A stretch of DNA of 64,000 bases from an uncultured Hormoscilla sp. (lineage in GTDB: Bacteria > Cyanobacteriota > Cyanobacteriia > Cyanobacteriales > Desertifilaceae), in assembly GCA_963921275.4 (NCBI GenBank), contig OZ001293.3, positions 352,001 through 416,000 of the forward strand, read 5' to 3'. This document shows, in pieces, positions 59,722 to 64,000 of the stretch. How positions within the stretch are numbered: position 1 is the stretch's first letter; each line of letters begins with the position of its first letter. The notes beneath the pieces were generated by a model. It was given only the letters and a program-made list of their open reading frames with translations. It did not search any database and had not been told where the DNA came from. The position numbers and the translations under genes are program-made.

Positions 59722-60162
59722 ATGACACAAACAGTTCTAGGCATCGACAGAGCGCAAAAAGACATTTCATGTCGCTCTGATGCTTGAGAACGGCAAAACT
59801 CTCACCAAAACACTTCTACAACGACGACAAAGGGTTCAGCCAGCTGAGCACCTGGCTAGAGAGACATGAGGTAACGACAGTCCATGCTTGTATGGAAGCC
59901 AGAGCGCATCTATGGCGAAGCATTGGCAGAATATTTGTACTCTGCTGGTCATATTGTTAGTATCGTGAATCCCGTTCGCATTAAAGCTTTTGCGCTCCGA
60001 CATAATTCTTTGCTCAAAGCGTTCAGCGACCGATTGCTGAATCGCGGTAAGGTAAAGATGCAGGTGATTGGAGCGGTGATGCGCAAGTTGTTACATATGG
60101 CTTTTGGAATATTAAAGTCCCAAAAGCCCTTCGATCCGAATTTTTTATCGGCAACCCCTTGA
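59722..60162 (+). pseudogene. IS110 recombinase, frameshifted and internally deleted
   Basis: MTQTVLGID...HACMEA...YGEALAEYL...VNPVRIKAFA joined to RGKVKMQVIGAVMRKLLH...KPFDP. Confidence 0.88.
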
Positions 60163-60180
60163 CAGTTCGACACAGTATCT

Positions 60181-61265
60181 ACATTTAATTGGCGCTCGCC
60201 ACCCGATGCGAGCGCATCGGGGTCGGGGCACAGATAATATTGGCGATCCCATGTGGCCGGGGCACAGATAACATTGGGGATCGGATCTCTTCCCTGACAT
60301 CTATGGTAGGGGTACGGAAGAAATTTATCAGGATATAAACTAAAAGATATCTATTGCCGTGTCCCAGCCCTAAATTTGCGATCTCCTCCTGACATTTGAT
60401 TGACATTATATTCGCGATCGGGCATCGGGTGGCGAGCGCATCGGGCCGGGGCACGGCGTATTTATCATAATAATATGAACCGAAAGATATCGGATGCCGT
60501 GCCTCTACGGAACATTGGCGATCGGATGCAGACAGAACATTGGCGAGCGCATGTTGTCGGGGCACAGATAATATTGGCGAGCGCGTGAGACCGGGGCACG
60601 GCGTTTTAAACATTTTCATTATTAGGGAAAATTTTCGGATACGCTGGCGCTGTGCTCCTACAGGAAATTGGCGATCTCGCATCAGGGGGCGAGCGCATGT
60701 GTTCGGGGCACAGATAATATTGGCGAGCGCATGTGTTCGGGGCACAGATAATATTGGCGATCTAATTTATTTCCTGACCAGCATTGTAGGGGCATGGCAT
60801 CGATAAATTAGGATAGAAACTGAAAGATATATATCACCGTGCCCCGGCCCCACGAATGAGTGACATTTAATTGGCGATCAGGCATTGAGGGGCCATCGCA
60901 TGTTGTCGGGGTACAGATAATATTGGCCATCGTAAGCTGTGATGCATCTAAATTGCATATTTCCCTATCAGGTTAAATCGTGGCAACCCTGTATACATAA
61001 GCGTTTCCGCCATAATGGCCAACGCATGACTATGCATTTTAAATGCGCGACAGCTTATGTTGTCGGGGCACAGATAATATTGGTGATCGCATGTGGTCGG
61101 TGTACGCAGGACATTGGCGATCGCATGTGGCCGGGGCACTGCGGATTTAATATCATAATATGAACCGATAATCTGCGCTATGCCGTACACCTACAGTTCA
61201 TATGAGATCGCATCCAGACATAATATTGGCGATCGCATATGAACGTTGACATTATATTCGCGATC
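60181..61265 (+). repeat. Degenerate array of ~33-bp units (GGCGA(T/G)CGCATGT..CGGGGCACAGATAATATT) mixed with GTAG REP halves
   Basis: More than 10 visible units; the same family occurs at 57670-57780 and 63895-64000. Confidence 0.8.
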
Positions 61266-61282
61266 GCCCCCGCTTCTTAAGA

Positions 61283-61457
61283 CCAAGAAACCGGGTTTCT
61301 TTGAGAATTTTATCATCGACACCGAGAGGTGACTTAAGAAACCCGGTTTCTCAACTCATACGCGATCGCTCCCCGCGCCGTCAGACCAAAAAACCGGGTT
61401 TATGCTAGAATTATCGCATCGACACAGAGAGGTGACTTAAGGAACCCGGTTTCTCAA
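61283..61457. repeat. Two tandem ~100-bp units bounded by GAAACCGGGTTTCT / AGAAACCCGGTTTC
   Basis: The same motif occurs at ~5610, 25456, 34520-34600, 35187 and 42091. Confidence 0.75.
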
Positions 61458-61618
61458 GGACCGCGCGAAAGCCAGTGATTCGCCGGAGGCCATCATCGAT
61501 GCAGCCTCTTGTCCAAACCAGTTTCTGGGATTATGCTAGTTAACAAAATTTAACACACCCGACAACGGCCAAAGAGTTAGAATGACAGCATGTTTCCATC
61601 AGTTGAGATAGGTGAAAG

Positions 61619-62704
61619 GTGATGATGAATACATTGTATAAATCATTAATGGCGATGCTGGCAGCAGGGGTACTGGCAGTGGGAAGCAGCAGCTACGCTA
61701 CCACTCGCACAGAGTCTAACCCAACGGTGAAGTCCGACAAGGTGGAGTTCCGCTGTCTTAATGGTTACGATATAGTCCTGGGCAAGCGTGTTTGGTATGC
61801 ACGTGGGTTAGCGCTGAAATCACAGTTGAAACCTCAAGAAGCATTTGTATCTTTTGATAAAGCTACCGAAATTAATACTCAGTTTGTTCAGGCTTGGCGT
61901 GAGCGAGGTGAGATGCTTTTATGGTTGAGGCGATACCAAGAGGCGCTAGTATCTGTGGATAAGGCGCTCTCTCTCAAGTCTGAAGATTTTATGCTTTATT
62001 ATTGGCGAGGCATGGTGCTGCATGCATTAAAAAGGTACACAGAAGCAGTGGAGGCTTACAGTCAAGCCATTAACATTAACCCGACTTATTATTTATACAA
62101 GGTCAGGTCTGCAGCACACCAGATGTTAGGAAACCATCAAGAAGCGCTTGCAGATTCCAATAAAGCGATAGAGCTTAACCCAGAATTAGCCCCAGAATTA
62201 GCCGAAGGAGGCGTCAACTCGGAAAATGAAAGCAGAGACTCGCAAGAATTACAAAGGGCGCTCGCAGAACAAAGGGCGCTCGCAGATTTAAATCAAGCGA
62301 TAGAAATTAACCCAGACAATGCCGAAGCATACTTCAATAGGGGTGTGGCACGCTATAACTTGGTAGACTTATACGGGGCGCTTGCAGATTACAATAAAGC
62401 AATAGAAATTAAGCCAGACTATGCCGAAGCATACTCCAAAAGGTGGATGTTACGCTTATTAATCTTGGGAAACTCACAAGGGGCGATCGCAGATTTCAAT
62501 AAAGTGATAGAAATTAAGCCAGACGATGGAAAAGCTTATTACTATCGTGCGGTTTTATATAATCTACCAGGAGGAGATAGGCAAAAAGCGATCGAGTATC
62601 TGCATAAAGCTGTACAACTTTTCCGCGAACAAAAGGATTGGATTTGGGGCTACTTAGCTGAGGATTCACTCAGACAGCTTCAGCAGCAGTTAGACATGGA
62701 CTAA
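61619..62704 (+). CDS. Secreted TPR-repeat protein
   Basis: Signal peptide; repeated A.ADYNKAIEI.PD.A.AY. Confidence 0.85.
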   Translation: MMMNTLYKSLMAMLAAGVLAVGSSSYATTRTESNPTVKSDKVEFRCLNGYDIVLGKRVWYARGLALKSQLKPQEAFVSFDKATEINTQFVQAWRERGEMLLWLRRYQEALVSVDKALSLKSEDFMLYYWRGMVLHALKRYTEAVEAYSQAININPTYYLYKVRSAAHQMLGNHQEALADSNKAIELNPELAPELAEGGVNSENESRDSQELQRALAEQRALADLNQAIEINPDNAEAYFNRGVARYNLVDLYGALADYNKAIEIKPDYAEAYSKRWMLRLLILGNSQGAIADFNKVIEIKPDDGKAYYYRAVLYNLPGGDRQKAIEYLHKAVQLFREQKDWIWGYLAEDSLRQLQQQLDMD

Positions 62705-62914
62705 CTCCTGGGACGCCAGCCGATCGCCTTAACATCAGAGGCGATCGGGCCTAGTCGGAGATCGGGACTTTGTGGAGAAGATGAGGTGCGATCGCATCCG
62801 GTCCTTGTCCAGAACAAAAGCATAGGAACTGAAAGATATCTAACTATCGGATTTGATATTACCGCTTGATTCGGTGCTATATTGGTAATTGGAGAAAGCA
62901 TATCTGGAGGAATC

Positions 62915-63163
62915 ATGCAAACGATCGCTTTACGCACCCGGATCGGAGGCGATGGGATCTTACATTTGGAAGTTCCCGTCGGGCTAACTGATACTGAATT
63001 AGATGTCAAGGTTACGATGCAACCTGTCAAAGAGGAAATAGATAGTCCTGAAGGACGGGGATGGCCTCCTGGCTTTTTTGAAGAGACTTTTGGTTGTTAT
63101 CAAGATGACCCTTTGATAATTGATTTTGAAGGAGAATTCGAGGATCGCGAAGCGTTACTATGA
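62915..63163 (+). CDS. Putative antitoxin; downstream toxin reduced to a stub
   Basis: IGGDGILHLEVP...GWPPGFFEETFG; the overlapping next ATG reads MRY*YDT (PIN-like start). Confidence 0.6.
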   Translation: MQTIALRTRIGGDGILHLEVPVGLTDTELDVKVTMQPVKEEIDSPEGRGWPPGFFEETFGCYQDDPLIIDFEGEFEDREALL

Positions 63164-63394
63164 GGTATTAGTACGATACAGTAGTTGGGCGCGAAGGGAG
63201 AGGCGATCGAGGGAAGGAGATCGCAGATAGTTCCCAGGTTCGCAGGTTAAAACCTGCGGCTACACAAACAAAGCCTGCCTGCGCAGGCTAAGATTCAGAT
63301 AAAGGGGCGATCGCATCATTGCAGAAAGCAGCACAACATCTTACATAGGAATGATTTGGGCTATAATAAGAGAAATTAAGTTGGAGAAAGGCTC

Positions 63395-63874
63395 ATGAGT
63401 GAAAGACTAGACAGAATTGAAGCTATTCTAGAGCGGATGGCAGAACAGCGAGAAGCGGATCGCCGTGCGATGGCAGAACAACGAGAAGCCGATCGCCGCG
63501 AACGAGAAGCAGAATGGCGCAAGATGGCAGAACAACGAGAAGCCGATCGCCGTGCGATAGCAGAACAACGAGAAGCCGATCTCCGTGCGATGGCAGAACA
63601 ACGAGCAGCCGATCGCACGGAGATGGCAGAACAGCGAGAAGCCGATCGCCGGGAGATGGCAGAACAGCGAGAAGCCGATCGACAAGAGATGGCAGAACAG
63701 CGAGAAGCCGATCGACAAGAGATGGCAGAGTTAAGGAAAACCGTCACAGCTTTAGTCCAGATAGTTGAGATCCATCAGCGTAACTTTGATGAAATCATGA
63801 CTTATGTTAGAGGTATACAAGTCGAGAACCGTCGCATTTTAGAGCGGGTGTTTGGTCCTGATTTCGATAGGTAA
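63395..63874 (+). CDS. Coiled-coil protein with 11-aa (33-bp) tandem repeats
   Basis: MAEQREADRxx repeated about 7 times. Confidence 0.75.
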   Translation: MSERLDRIEAILERMAEQREADRRAMAEQREADRREREAEWRKMAEQREADRRAIAEQREADLRAMAEQRAADRTEMAEQREADRREMAEQREADRQEMAEQREADRQEMAELRKTVTALVQIVEIHQRNFDEIMTYVRGIQVENRRILERVFGPDFDR

Positions 63875-64000
63875 TAAGATGGAAATGAGGGTGAGCGATC
63901 GCATGTTTTCGGGGTACAAATAGCATGTGCGATCGGGCATGTGGTCGGTGTAGGGCGGATTTAAAATTATCATATTAACCGATAGCGGATGCAGAGGCAC

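Larger units (their letters stand above)
57781..60180 (+). mobile_element. IS110-family (IS621-like) element, non-autonomous, inserted in a REP
   Basis: Left CCC-CT|TGTATACT, right ACAGTAT-CT|ACATT; no TIR/TSD; DEDD transposase remnant. Confidence 0.9.

Noticed and set aside
60181..61265. Possible CRISPR array
   Set aside because: Units are degenerate, often directly adjacent, lack unique equal-length spacers, and no cas genes are present.
63376..63768. Antisense and alternate-frame repetitive ORFs
   Set aside because: Shadows of the 33-bp repeats in 63395-63874.

Overview
Chromosomal window from a cyanobacterium (HIP1 GCGATCGC very abundant; gltA-ndhA-ndhI-ndhG-ndhE-nadK, chlD, prfB, ybeY/dgkA/trpG). 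Intact housekeeping genes alternate with many frameshifted pseudogenes (sensor kinases, RND pump, orphan antitoxins), suggesting genome erosion and/or long-read consensus errors. The main accessory content is mobile DNA. (1) Eleven group II intron copies or fragments: nine from one ORF-less ~830-nt lineage whose EBS1/EBS2 co-vary with each flanking exon, one RT-X-HNH-encoding intron and one internally deleted relative. Most are nested, including one copy inserted antisense into the EBS1 loop of its own twin. (2) An IS621-like IS110 element (57781-60180) inserted at a CT core in a GTAG-type REP, with a readable bridge-RNA locus whose target guide matches its insertion site. Its left end carries two sense-oriented ORF-less introns, so an intact bridge RNA would need splicing. 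(3) A non-autonomous IsrB/IscB (OMEGA) transposon remnant whose removal restores a host stop codon. (4) Two IS982 elements, several MITEs and REPs, and 22-24-bp and 44-bp miniature elements inserted inside ORFs. No CRISPR array, tRNA or rRNA was seen. All calls are by eye; no searches were run.
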